Shown piece after piece: positions 1 through 10,926 of a stretch of DNA of 64,000 bases. Position 1 is the stretch's first letter. Each line of letters opens with the position of its first letter. Below the pieces are notes generated by a model that was given only the letters and a program-made list of their open reading frames with translations, did not search any database and was not told the DNA's origin. The stretch spans positions 34,872 through 98,871 of the forward strand of contig JBBRLQ010000030.1 of assembly GCA_038231275.1 (NCBI GenBank), written 5' to 3'. The position numbers and the translations under genes are program-made. The DNA is from Polyangiales bacterium. Its GTDB lineage: Bacteria > Myxococcota_A > Polyangia > Polyangiales > Polyangiaceae.

Positions 1-18
1 CGTCGCGCGGAGCGCTTG

Positions 19-453
19 TTACGCCTCGCGTGTCGCGTCGACTTCGGCGGCCTTTGCCCGCACGAACGCCGCGACGGTGCGCATGGGCACGCGTCCCGGG
101 CAGCGCGCTTCGAGCTCTTTGAGGCGCGCGTCGGTCGTCGCCGCGAAGCTCCGGAGGGCCGCGTCGTAGTCCGGCATGCTGCGCGAGCTGGCGAGCATGA
201 GATCCATCGTGCCGCCGTAGACGCCCCCGGACTGCGCCGCCCGCAGGCCCTCGCCGAGATCGCAGAGGCCGCACGCGATGCAGCCGCTCATCTTCGCGAG
301 GGCGCGCCGCTCGTCGGGCGCGACGGGCGGCAGGCGATCGGGCGCATAGCTCGCGCGGAAGGCCGCGAGGCCTCGTCTCGCGCCGAAGATCGGCGCGAGG
401 AGCGAACCAAGGAGCGCCCACGCGAGCAAGACGACGGCGTAGAGGCGTTCCAT
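19..453 (-). CDS. Small putative membrane-anchored [4Fe-4S] protein (hypothetical)
   Basis: Hydrophobic N-terminus (LYAVVLLAWALLGSLLAPIFG), CxxCxxC motif (GCIACGLCD) and distal CP (ARCPGRVP); -10-like TAACGT 7 nt before the ATG. Confidence 0.65.
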   Translation of the reverse strand: MERLYAVVLLAWALLGSLLAPIFGARRGLAAFRASYAPDRLPPVAPDERRALAKMSGCIACGLCDLGEGLRAAQSGGVYGGTMDLMLASSRSMPDYDAALRSFAATTDARLKELEARCPGRVPMRTVAAFVRAKAAEVDATREA

Positions 454-567
454 GCGGTCGACGTTACCAGACGGCGTCGATCACGACCTGTTCGCTCCAC
501 TTCAGAGGCGGAGATGCGGCGGAGTGCCGCGCCTCGCCGTCGTCGCGGAGCGTGGTAAGCCTCTCCC

Positions 568-1056
568 GTGTTGCGCGCCCTCGCGATCGTTCTCGTCGTC
601 GCCGGCGCCTCCTGCGCCCACCGGCAGCATCAGGGCGAGGGGACTCCGGGCTTCCGTCCACCGCTTGGCGACACGCGCGCGTCGTCACCGACCGCCGCGT
701 CGCCCACGGCGGCGCCCGAGTCGCTCGCGCAGGGGAGCACGGCCCCGGACGACGGACGTCAAGTCGGCCTCGCGACCTGGTACGGCCGCGAGTTCGCCGG
801 CAAGAAGACCGCGAACGGCGAGCGCTTCGATCCCGGGGGAATGACGTGCGCCCACCGCAAGCTCCCGTTCGGCACATGGGTCGAGGTTCGCCGCATCGAG
901 ACCGGCCGCACCGTCCGCGTTCGCGTCAACGATCGCGGCCCGTGGGGTGATGCGCGCAAGGTCATCGATCTCTCGCGCCGCGCCGCCGAGGAGCTCGACA
1001 TGATCAAGGAGGGAGCGGTGAAGGTCGAGGTCCGCGTCGTCCGAGGCCCCGAATAG
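568..1056 (+). CDS. rlpA: RlpA-family lytic transglycosylase lipoprotein (DPBB domain, no SPOR domain)
   Basis: Lipobox GASC; motifs GLATWYG, KTANGERFD, TCAHRKLPFGT, VRVNDRGP, IDLSRRAA. Confidence 0.92.
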   Translation: MLRALAIVLVVAGASCAHRQHQGEGTPGFRPPLGDTRASSPTAASPTAAPESLAQGSTAPDDGRQVGLATWYGREFAGKKTANGERFDPGGMTCAHRKLPFGTWVEVRRIETGRTVRVRVNDRGPWGDARKVIDLSRRAAEELDMIKEGAVKVEVRVVRGPE

Positions 1057-1092
1057 GGAAGCGTGCGGCGGGGGTGCTACGCTAGCGCACGG

Positions 1093-2175
1093 ATGCGAGG
1101 GGCCAGGGTCGTTGCCGGCGTGATGGGGATCGGCGTGGCGGCGGCCGCGGTCCTGGCGGCGCTCTCCGCGTGCTCCGATCTCATCGAAAACCTCCCCACT
1201 GCCGACGCCGGCACCCCGCTCGGCCAAGTGCTCAGGCGGACCGATCCGTCGTGCGTCGCGCCGCCCTATGGCGCGCACATCGTCTACCAGGCGCAAGGGA
1301 ACAACCACCTCTTCCGGATCGACGCGACGCCCGGCGCGAAGCCCGAGGACATCTCGGCGAAGCTCGACGTCCTCGGCGCCACCGGCAGCGACGAGTTCAT
1401 CAACGTGTCCCCCGACGGCGACTGGATGATCGTCGGCGCGACGCGCCTCGGATGCGACGCATCGTGCGCTGCGCTCGTGGGGCGCGACGTGTGCTCCGCG
1501 CAGGTGATCGTCAGCGAGGGCGTGCCGATCTCCCCGAGCGGGACGTCCGCGGTCGCGAGCGGCGGCAACGCGGTCGTGTTTCCTTCTGACAAAATCGCCG
1601 GCCGTCGAGATCTCTACGTCGTCCGCCGCCAAGACCCGACGACGTGGACGCCCGCCGTGAACCTCACCGCCGCGTCGAAGGGAATCTGGAACCAGCGTCC
1701 TGCAATCAGCGCCGACGGCACCAAGGTCGTCTTCGACTGCGGCGCGGATCCGAGCTCGGGCCCCGGCACCGCGGTCTGCCAGGTCGGCCTCGACGGCAAC
1801 GGGCTCACGGTCCTCAAGGCGGGCGATCTCGCCGCCACCGTCACGCCCGACACGTACCTCGCGCACGGCGATTTCGCGGGAGACGGCAGCCTGGTCGTCG
1901 AGGCGACGCTCAACGCGACCGCGCAAGTCTGGCAGATCACGGGGACCAAGCCGCGCGTCCTCAACGGCGAGCAGCTCCCCACCGGTGAGTACAAATTCGC
2001 CGCCGACACCGGGCCCTGCGTCCTCCCCGACGATCGCGTGGTCAGCACCTGGGCGCAGCGCATCCCCGGCAAGGGGGTGCACGAGCTCAAGATCACCGAT
2101 CTCGCCGGCACGACGCCGCAGCTGCTCCTCGCGGACGTCGACGTGGTCGACAACGGCCTCGGCTGCGGCCGCTGA
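1093..2175 (+). CDS. Lipoprotein with TolB/PD40-like beta-propeller
   Basis: Signal peptide ending LSAC; PD40-like segments VSPDGDWMI, PAISADGTKVVFD, FAGDGSLVVE. Start moved to ATG 1093. Confidence 0.7.
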   Translation: MRGARVVAGVMGIGVAAAAVLAALSACSDLIENLPTADAGTPLGQVLRRTDPSCVAPPYGAHIVYQAQGNNHLFRIDATPGAKPEDISAKLDVLGATGSDEFINVSPDGDWMIVGATRLGCDASCAALVGRDVCSAQVIVSEGVPISPSGTSAVASGGNAVVFPSDKIAGRRDLYVVRRQDPTTWTPAVNLTAASKGIWNQRPAISADGTKVVFDCGADPSSGPGTAVCQVGLDGNGLTVLKAGDLAATVTPDTYLAHGDFAGDGSLVVEATLNATAQVWQITGTKPRVLNGEQLPTGEYKFAADTGPCVLPDDRVVSTWAQRIPGKGVHELKITDLAGTTPQLLLADVDVVDNGLGCGR

Positions 2176-2202
2176 GTGGAGCGAAACGCTCCTTGACCGG
2201 AA

Positions 2203-2730
2203 CTACTCGACCACGCGCACGCGGGTCGCGAATGTACGTGCATATTGCACGTAAAGGCGCCCGGCTTCACGCATCCACTCGAGATCGGAGTCGCGCACCG
2301 TCCGGAGGACCTTGGCGGGGCTCCCCATCACGAGCGAGCGCGGCGGGACCTTCATCCCAGGCGCCACCAGCGAGCCGGCTGCGACGAGGCTCTCGTCGCC
2401 GACGATCGCGCCATCGAGGACGATGCTCCCCATGCCGATGAGGCAGCGCGCGCCGACCGTGCAGCCATGGAGGAGCGCCATGTGCCCGATGGTGACGTCG
2501 TCTCCGATCGTGGTCGACGCCTTGCCCCCGGTCACGTGAACGACCGACCCGTCTTGCACATTGGTGCGCGCGCCGATGCGAATCGGGAACACGTCACCGC
2601 GAATCGTAGTGCCGAACCAGATGCTGGACTCGTCGCCGAGGTGGACGTCGCCGATGACCGTCGCGTTCGGCGCGATGTAGACGTCTTTGCCGAGGGTGGG
2701 GCGAACGCCGTCGTGCTCGTAGAGGGGCAT
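2203..2730 (-). CDS. Gamma carbonic anhydrase family (YrdA/PaaY-like) hexapeptide-repeat protein
   Basis: IAPNATVIGDV, RGDVFPIRIG, NVQDGSVVH, TIGHMALLHGC with the three Zn-binding His. Confidence 0.93.
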   Translation of the reverse strand: MPLYEHDGVRPTLGKDVYIAPNATVIGDVHLGDESSIWFGTTIRGDVFPIRIGARTNVQDGSVVHVTGGKASTTIGDDVTIGHMALLHGCTVGARCLIGMGSIVLDGAIVGDESLVAAGSLVAPGMKVPPRSLVMGSPAKVLRTVRDSDLEWMREAGRLYVQYARTFATRVRVVE

Positions 2731-2748
2731 CGCGAATCTTGCGCCGTC

Positions 2749-3726
2749 TCAGCTGCCGCACAAGAGCGTGAGGCCGAGTGAGTTGCCGCTCCCGCGCGTG
2801 CCGCAGATTCCATTGACGCAGATGCTCGAGGCGCAGGGGATCGGCGCGGCGCAGGGCTGGCCGTCGGCGATCGCGGTCGCGCATGCTTTGGAGCTGGGGT
2901 CGCAGTAGAGACCGTCCTGGCAGGACGCCGAGCTTCCCGTGCACGCGCCTCCCTTGGCCACGCGGGGCGCGCACTTGCCGCTCTGGAAATCGCAAAACGC
3001 GTCGACCGTGCACGGGTCGCCGACGCCGCTCACGCCCGAGCATTGTGCGCCGACGGGGACGAGGGCGGCGCAGGTCTTCGTAGTGGTGTCGCAGCGCGAG
3101 CCGTTCGCGTGGTCGCAAATGTAACCGCGAGGGACGGGCGCGCCGCTGATGTCCAGCTCGGTGACGCCGCGGCCCACGCGCGTACCGATGCACGGCGTGT
3201 CTCCGATCTTGCCGGCGATCTGGATCTGGCAGATGAGCGTCTGCGCGCCGCCCGTGCCGAAGTACGTCTGGCACTCGACGGTGCCCTCCGACGACGCCGC
3301 GCACTCTTTGGTGCTCGAGCAGAGGTCGCCGGGCTTCTTCGTGGCCGATGGCCCGCCCGCCGCCGTGAAGACGGCCTTGCAGTCGGGGGTGGTCCCGTCG
3401 GTGGTGCCGTCGCAGAACCCGGGCGCGTCCTTCGCGGCGTTCATCTCGGAGAGGCACGCCGCGCCTTTCGTCGAGTCGTAGCTGTTGCCGGAGGTGAAGG
3501 CGCCGACGACGCTCCGGCACACGACGCCGTCGGTGGGCTTCTTCACCGTCGCGCAACAAGGCGCCATGATCGCGCAATACGACGAGACGAACGACGACGC
3601 GTCCCCCGCGCCGCTGCCGGATAACGATGACGACGACGACGTGGAGCCCCCGCACGCCGCCACCACGACCGCAGCGACCGCCGCGACCGCGACGAGCGCG
3701 CCTCTGGACCTCCACGACTGCGCCAT
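2749..3726 (-). CDS. Cys-rich lipoprotein with repeated four-Cys modules
   Basis: Lipobox VAAC, Ser-rich linker, 28 further Cys; C-terminal repeats of type G-x2-C-x6-9-C-x4-C-D-x5-C; GGAGG upstream. Confidence 0.8.
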   Translation of the reverse strand: MAQSWRSRGALVAVAAVAAVVVAACGGSTSSSSSLSGSGAGDASSFVSSYCAIMAPCCATVKKPTDGVVCRSVVGAFTSGNSYDSTKGAACLSEMNAAKDAPGFCDGTTDGTTPDCKAVFTAAGGPSATKKPGDLCSSTKECAASSEGTVECQTYFGTGGAQTLICQIQIAGKIGDTPCIGTRVGRGVTELDISGAPVPRGYICDHANGSRCDTTTKTCAALVPVGAQCSGVSGVGDPCTVDAFCDFQSGKCAPRVAKGGACTGSSASCQDGLYCDPSSKACATAIADGQPCAAPIPCASSICVNGICGTRGSGNSLGLTLLCGS

Positions 3727-3752
3727 CGCGATGCTGGCCTCCTCCAGGAAGC

Positions 3753-5198
3753 TTACTCGCTCGCGACGAGCGGCAGAAGCCTGCGTCGCTTGGTCGGCGT
3801 GCGCCGCGGCGCCGCGAGCGCCCGCACGCGCTCCAGCTCCCCAGGCGCCGGCGTCCCCGCGAGCGAGTGCTTGTTCGCGCGCGCGACGTCGACCTCCACG
3901 ATCTCCCCCACCAGCGGCGAGCCCTCTGGCGCCTCGACGTGGACGATCTCGTTCTTGTCGGACCGCCCCTCGAACGTCCCGCCCGATTTGCTCGGCCCTT
4001 CGACGAGCACCTTCTGGCGCGTCCCCACGAGCGTCGCCAGGTGCGCGCGCCCTTGCCCTTCGACCTGCCCCAAGAGGCGCGCCAGCCGCTCGCTCTTCAC
4101 GCTCTCCGGCACGTCGTCGACCAGCTTGAGCGCCGGCGTGTGGGGCCGCGGCGAGAACTTGAACGCGTACGCCTGCACGAAGCCGATGTCGGCGATCATG
4201 GCGAGCGTCTCCTCGAAGTCGGCGTCGGTCTCGCCGGGGAAGCCGACGATGATGTCGGTCGACATCGTCATCCCCGGTCGCGCGGCGAGGAGGCGGCGCG
4301 CGCGAAGCGTGTATTCTGCACGTGTGTAGCGCCGGATCATGCGCTTCAGGATGCGATCACTGCCCGACTGCGAGGGCAGGTGGACGTGGCGCGCGAGGAC
4401 GTCGAGCTCGGCGTGCGCGGCGGCGAGGCCGGCGGTGGCGTGGCGGGGATGCGGGCTCGTGTAGCGCAGGCGGGCGAGCGCCGGCACCTCGCGCGCGATG
4501 AGGCGGAGGAGGGCAGGGAACTGCGACGTGTCCCCCGGCTGCGCGTCCGGCTCGCTCGCGGGCGGCGGCAGGCTCGGGTCGCGGTAGCTGTCGACGGTCT
4601 GCCCGAGGAGGAGCACTTCGCGCGCGCCGGCGTCGACGCTGCGGCGGATCTCGTCGACGATCTCGTTCGCGGGGCGGTACCGCTCGGGCCCGCGCGTGTA
4701 CGGCACGACGCAGAACGAGCAGCGCTCGTCGCACCCCTTCATGGTGGTCACCATCGCGACGACCGGCGATCCGCCGGAATCGAGGTGCGCCTCGAGGAAG
4801 CGCGGCGCGTCGACATCGAACACCGTCCGCACGGCCGCCGGCGCGCCCCCTTGCTGCTGTGCCACCAGCGCCGGGAGCTCGGGAATGTTGTCGGGGCCGA
4901 TGACGAGATCGATGTGGCGTACGCGCCCGAGGAGCTTCTCTCCTTCTTGCTGCGCGACGCATCCGGCGACCGCGATGACGACGTCGGGCCGCGCGAGCTT
5001 CAGCGGCGCGAGCTTGCCGACTTCGCTCCGCAGCTTCTGCTCCGCCTTCTCGCGGACGCTGCACGTGTTGAGCACGATGAGATCCGCCTCCTCGAGCGCG
5101 GCGGCGGCGGTCCACCCGTGCGCGCGCAGGACCCCTTCCATGCGCTCGGAATCGTGCGCGTTCATCTGGCAGCCGAATGTCTGGACGACGTATTTCAC
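3753..5198 (-). CDS. miaB: tRNA-i6A37 methylthiotransferase MiaB
   Basis: TFGCQMNAHDSE, NTCSVREKAE, radical-SAM CDERCSFC, YTSPHP, QSGSDRIL, DIIVGFPGET, C-terminal TRAM-like region. Confidence 0.96.
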   Translation of the reverse strand: MKYVVQTFGCQMNAHDSERMEGVLRAHGWTAAAALEEADLIVLNTCSVREKAEQKLRSEVGKLAPLKLARPDVVIAVAGCVAQQEGEKLLGRVRHIDLVIGPDNIPELPALVAQQQGGAPAAVRTVFDVDAPRFLEAHLDSGGSPVVAMVTTMKGCDERCSFCVVPYTRGPERYRPANEIVDEIRRSVDAGAREVLLLGQTVDSYRDPSLPPPASEPDAQPGDTSQFPALLRLIAREVPALARLRYTSPHPRHATAGLAAAHAELDVLARHVHLPSQSGSDRILKRMIRRYTRAEYTLRARRLLAARPGMTMSTDIIVGFPGETDADFEETLAMIADIGFVQAYAFKFSPRPHTPALKLVDDVPESVKSERLARLLGQVEGQGRAHLATLVGTRQKVLVEGPSKSGGTFEGRSDKNEIVHVEAPEGSPLVGEIVEVDVARANKHSLAGTPAPGELERVRALAAPRRTPTKRRRLLPLVASE

Positions 5199-5315
5199 GA
5201 GGAAAACTGGTGCGGCGGCGGCAGGTGGCGGCAGGCGGAGGCCGGGGTCCTAGCATGCATTTGAGACACTCGCCGGCCTTGCGGGATGGTCCATGTCGGA
5301 TAGCCTTCCCTTGCC

Positions 5316-7163
<1,848 letters not shown>

Positions 7164-8356
7164 GCGACGCGTAAAGCGCGACGAACGGCGCGAAGATGGC
7201 CCATGGATCGAGGCTCGATCCGTGGGCCGTCGCGCACCCGCCGGTTGCGGAGACGGGATCGGAAGCGGCGCCGGAGTCGGACCCAGAGTCGGTGTCGGTG
7301 CCGGCGTCGGTTACGGCGCCTGCGGGACCTACGCACGCGCCGTTTCGGCACGTGGAGTCGGGGACGCAATCCTCGTCGTGGGTGCACGGGACGGGGCCGC
7401 TTGCGCAGGCGTCGGTCGGCGCGCACTGAAGGTCTCCCGAGGCGGTCTGGGCGACGCACCGCATTCGCGCGCCGCAGTCGGTGTCGGTCGCGCACGCGCG
7501 TCCGCAGACGCGGCCGCCGGTTGGGAGATCGTCGCACCGCGCGTCGTCTCCGGCGCCAGCGCATGCACCTGGAACGCGCGTGCATGGAGAGCACACGACG
7601 CCGCGCGAGCCCATTCGCTCACAGCTCGCCGCGATGCATCGGAGAGGAGAAGGGCAGGCGGCGCCTCCTTGGTCGCAGCGCGCAGCTCCGGTGCCCGGGT
7701 AAAGCGCGCAGACGCCGGCGCGATCGTCGCCCTCCAGCGATCGCCAGACGAGACCCGGCGGATGCGACGCGTACATCGTCGCGCGCGGATCTGCGGAGTG
7801 TCCGAGGCCGAGCGCGTGGCCCATCTCATGGAGGATGACGCCGCGCATGTCGACGAGGCCATCGGTGGGATCGGTGCCGAGCGACCAGCGGTAGTCGACG
7901 CCGTTGAGGTGGATGTCGGCGTCGTGGACGTTGCCTTGCGCGTCGAGGGTCACGATCGTCTGGCCGAGGGCACCCGGGAGGAGGTTCTTTGGCCACGCGT
8001 CCTCGTGGAAGAAGACGCCGTTCACGCCGTCGTCGCCGGGGGTGAGCGCGGCGGGCGAAGGCGCGACGGTCGCGCGGAACGACGTGCACGGCACTTCACT
8101 CCAGCTCCGCGCGGCGACCGCCAGCTCGGCGAGCGCGTTCTCTTGCCGGAGATCGCGCGGAAGCGGCGTCGAAAACGTAAAGAGCACCGGCAGGGAGCCC
8201 GAGGCCCAAGTCCCCGCCGGCACCCCGCGCGTGTACGCCGTCGACGGCCCGCCTGCCGGCGCCTGCGCCTGCGCGTGCGCCGACTCGACCACGCACGCGA
8301 TCGGGGCGTCGAACGGAGGAAGCGAGGCCACCCCCGGATTTGACACCACGTCGCTT

Positions 8357-8373
8357 GAAACCTAAAGGGTTTC
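8357..8373. promoter_or_regulatory. Inverted repeat GAAACC-N5-GGTTTC in the 28-bp gap between divergent genes
   Basis: AT-rich dyad seen directly between the matrixin and ribA starts. Confidence 0.35.
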
Positions 8374-8377
8374 CGTA

Positions 8378-8983
8378 GTGCTTCCGACGCCCTACTCCTC
8401 GCCCCACCCCTCGCGCTACTCCGAGGCCACGGTCCCCACGGAATACGGCCCTGTGCGCGTGGTCGTCTACCGCGAGGAAGCGGAGAAGGAACACATGGCC
8501 CTCGTCGTCGGCGAGCCGCCGGCCCCTGGCGCGCAGATCCTCGTGCGCGTCCACTCGGAGTGCTGGACCGGCGAGGTCCTGCGTTCTCACAAATGCGACT
8601 GTCGCGCGCAGCTCGATCAGGCGCTCACCGCGATGGCGGAGGCGGGCGCCGGCGTCGTCGTCTACATGCGCCAAGAAGGCCGCGGCATCGGCCTCGGCAA
8701 CAAGATCCGCGCGTACGCGTTGCAAGAGCAAGGGGCCGACACCGTCGACGCCAACCGCATGCTCGGCTTCGAGGACGACGCGCGCACGTACGACGTCGCT
8801 GCGGCGATCCTGCGCGATCTCGGCGTCTCGCGCGTCGCGCTCCTGACCAACAACCCCAAGAAGGTGGACGGCCTCCGCGCGCATGGCATCGTCGTCGACG
8901 CGCGCGTCCCGATCGCCGTGGCGCCGAATGCGCACAACGCCGACTACCTCGCGGTGAAGGCGAAGAGGATGGGCCACCTATGA
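8378..8983 (+). CDS. ribA: GTP cyclohydrolase II (stand-alone)
   Basis: LVRVHSECWTGE, CDCRAQL, RQEGRGIGLGNKIRAYALQE, DTVDAN, LLTNNPKK, KRMGH. Confidence 0.95.
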   Translation: MLPTPYSSPHPSRYSEATVPTEYGPVRVVVYREEAEKEHMALVVGEPPAPGAQILVRVHSECWTGEVLRSHKCDCRAQLDQALTAMAEAGAGVVVYMRQEGRGIGLGNKIRAYALQEQGADTVDANRMLGFEDDARTYDVAAAILRDLGVSRVALLTNNPKKVDGLRAHGIVVDARVPIAVAPNAHNADYLAVKAKRMGHL

Positions 8984-9804
8984 TGCTCTCGCCGCTCTCC
9001 GTCGCCGCGATCCAGATGTCGAGCCAGGACGACGTCGCCAAGAACCTCGCGCGCGCGTGCACCCTCGTCGAGCAGGCTGCCGATCAGGGGGCGGAGATCG
9101 CACTCCTGCCCGAGAACTTCGCGTTCATGGGGGAAGAGGACGAGAAGCGTCGCCTCGCCGAGCCCGACGACGGCACCGGCCCCATCCTCCACGCGATCCG
9201 CGAGCTCGCGCGCCGCGCCAAAGTGCACGTCGTCGCCGGCGGCATGCCCGAGAAGAGCGGCGACGCCGCGCGCCCGTACAACACGTCCTTCCTCGTCGCG
9301 CCCGACGGCTCGATCATCGGACGCTACCGCAAGGTTCATCTCTTCGACGTCGAGATCCCGAACGGCCCCACCCTCGTCGAGAGCGCGGCCACGACAGCCG
9401 GCGATCTCGACGTCCGCGTCGTCGACGCATGCGGGACCAAGATCGGGATGACCGTTTGCTACGACCTGCGCTTCCCCGAGCTTTACCGAAAGATCGCGGC
9501 GCTTGGCGCGCGCATCGTCACCGTGCCCGCCGCGTTCACGCTCACGACCGGCAAGGATCACTGGCACACGCTGCTCTGCGCGCGCGCGATCGAGAATCAA
9601 GTGTTCGTGGTGGCGGCGGCGCAGCACGGCAAGCACCCGCGCGGCCGGCTGACGTACGGCAAGAGCCTCGTCGTCGATCCGTGGGGCGACGTCCTCGCGC
9701 AGGTCGGCGAAGGGGAGGGGTTCTGCGTCGCGCGCCTGGACTTCGCCTACCAAGACAAGGTGCGTGCGGGGCTGCCGTGCCTCTCGCACCGGCGCCTTCC
9801 GTGA
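8980..9804 (+). CDS. Carbon-nitrogen hydrolase (Nit1/deaminated-glutathione amidase-like)
   Basis: LLPENF, YRKVHLFD, TVCYDLRFPEL (Glu-Lys-Cys triad), TTGKDHW, ARAIENQ; ATGA overlap with ribA. Confidence 0.92.
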   Translation: MMLSPLSVAAIQMSSQDDVAKNLARACTLVEQAADQGAEIALLPENFAFMGEEDEKRRLAEPDDGTGPILHAIRELARRAKVHVVAGGMPEKSGDAARPYNTSFLVAPDGSIIGRYRKVHLFDVEIPNGPTLVESAATTAGDLDVRVVDACGTKIGMTVCYDLRFPELYRKIAALGARIVTVPAAFTLTTGKDHWHTLLCARAIENQVFVVAAAQHGKHPRGRLTYGKSLVVDPWGDVLAQVGEGEGFCVARLDFAYQDKVRAGLPCLSHRRLP

Positions 9805-10919
9805 AGGTCCCGCTCACCGATCTCGGACCGCAGCACGCCGAGACGGGGGAGGCGGCGCTCGCGGCGGTGGCGGCGGTGGCGAAGGGGGGCCGGTTCATCC
9901 TCGGTGAGACTGTGGCGCGCTTCGAGCGCACGCTCGCGGAGCTCGTGGGTGCACCCCACGCGATCGGCGTCGCCTCAGGGACCGATGCGCTGGTCCTCGC
10001 GCTCCAGGCCGCGGGGATCGCGCCGGGCGATAGGGTGATCACGTCGTCGGTCACGTTCGCCGCGACGGCGGAGGCGATCGTTCGCGCCGGCGCAGAGCCG
10101 GTCTTTTGCGAGCCGGACCCGTCGACGTTCTGCCTGAGCCCCGCCGCCGCGCGCGCGCGCGTCGAGACCATGGCGCCGGCCGCGCGTCGGCGCCTTCGCG
10201 GGATCGTTCCGGTGCACCTCTTCGGGCGCGCGTGCGACATGGCGGCGCTCGGCGCGCTCGCGGAGGAGCATCGGCTCGTGGTCGTCGAGGACGCAGCGCA
10301 GGCGCTGGGCGGCAGCACCGGAGGGCGCGCGCTCGGCACGCACGGCGCGGCGGGTTGCTTTAGTTTCTTTCCGACGAAGAACCTCGGCGCGTGGGGCGAC
10401 GGCGGCGCGGTGGTGACCGCCGATGAGGCGCTCGCGGCGCGCGTGAAGAGCTTGCGCCAGCACGGCATCGAGCACGGCCACATCGTGCGGCTCGGGATGA
10501 ACAGCCGCCTCGACGCGCTGCAGGCCGCGGTCCTCGACGTGAAGGCGGCGCGTCTCGCCACATGGACCCGCGCGCGCGTCGCCGCCGCCGAACGGTACCG
10601 CGCCCTCCTCGTCGAGGCGCTTCCGACGGGCTCGCTCCAGGATTCTGGCGCCGACGGCGAGCACGTCTACCACCAGTTCGTGGTCCTCACCGACCGGCGC
10701 GAGGCACTGGCACGTCACCTCGCCGCGCGCGACATCGAAACGCGTGCATACTACACGCGCCCGCTCCACGAAGAGCCGGCGTTTCAGCGGTTCGCGCCCT
10801 CCGAGATCCTCCCGGCGTCTCCCGTCGCGGGCCGACTCCTCGCGCTCCCGATGTTTTACGGCATCACGGAGGCCCAGCAGCGTCACGTCGCCACGGCTGT
10901 CGCCGACTTCTTCGCGTAG
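9801..10919 (+). CDS. DegT/DnrJ/EryC1/StrS PLP-dependent aminotransferase
   Basis: VASGTDAL, PVHLFG, VEDAAQA, FSFFPTKNLGAWGDGG, NSRLDALQA; GTGA overlap with upstream gene. Confidence 0.93.
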   Translation: MKVPLTDLGPQHAETGEAALAAVAAVAKGGRFILGETVARFERTLAELVGAPHAIGVASGTDALVLALQAAGIAPGDRVITSSVTFAATAEAIVRAGAEPVFCEPDPSTFCLSPAAARARVETMAPAARRRLRGIVPVHLFGRACDMAALGALAEEHRLVVVEDAAQALGGSTGGRALGTHGAAGCFSFFPTKNLGAWGDGGAVVTADEALAARVKSLRQHGIEHGHIVRLGMNSRLDALQAAVLDVKAARLATWTRARVAAAERYRALLVEALPTGSLQDSGADGEHVYHQFVVLTDRREALARHLAARDIETRAYYTRPLHEEPAFQRFAPSEILPASPVAGRLLALPMFYGITEAQQRHVATAVADFFA

Positions 10920-10926
10920 GTCTGGC

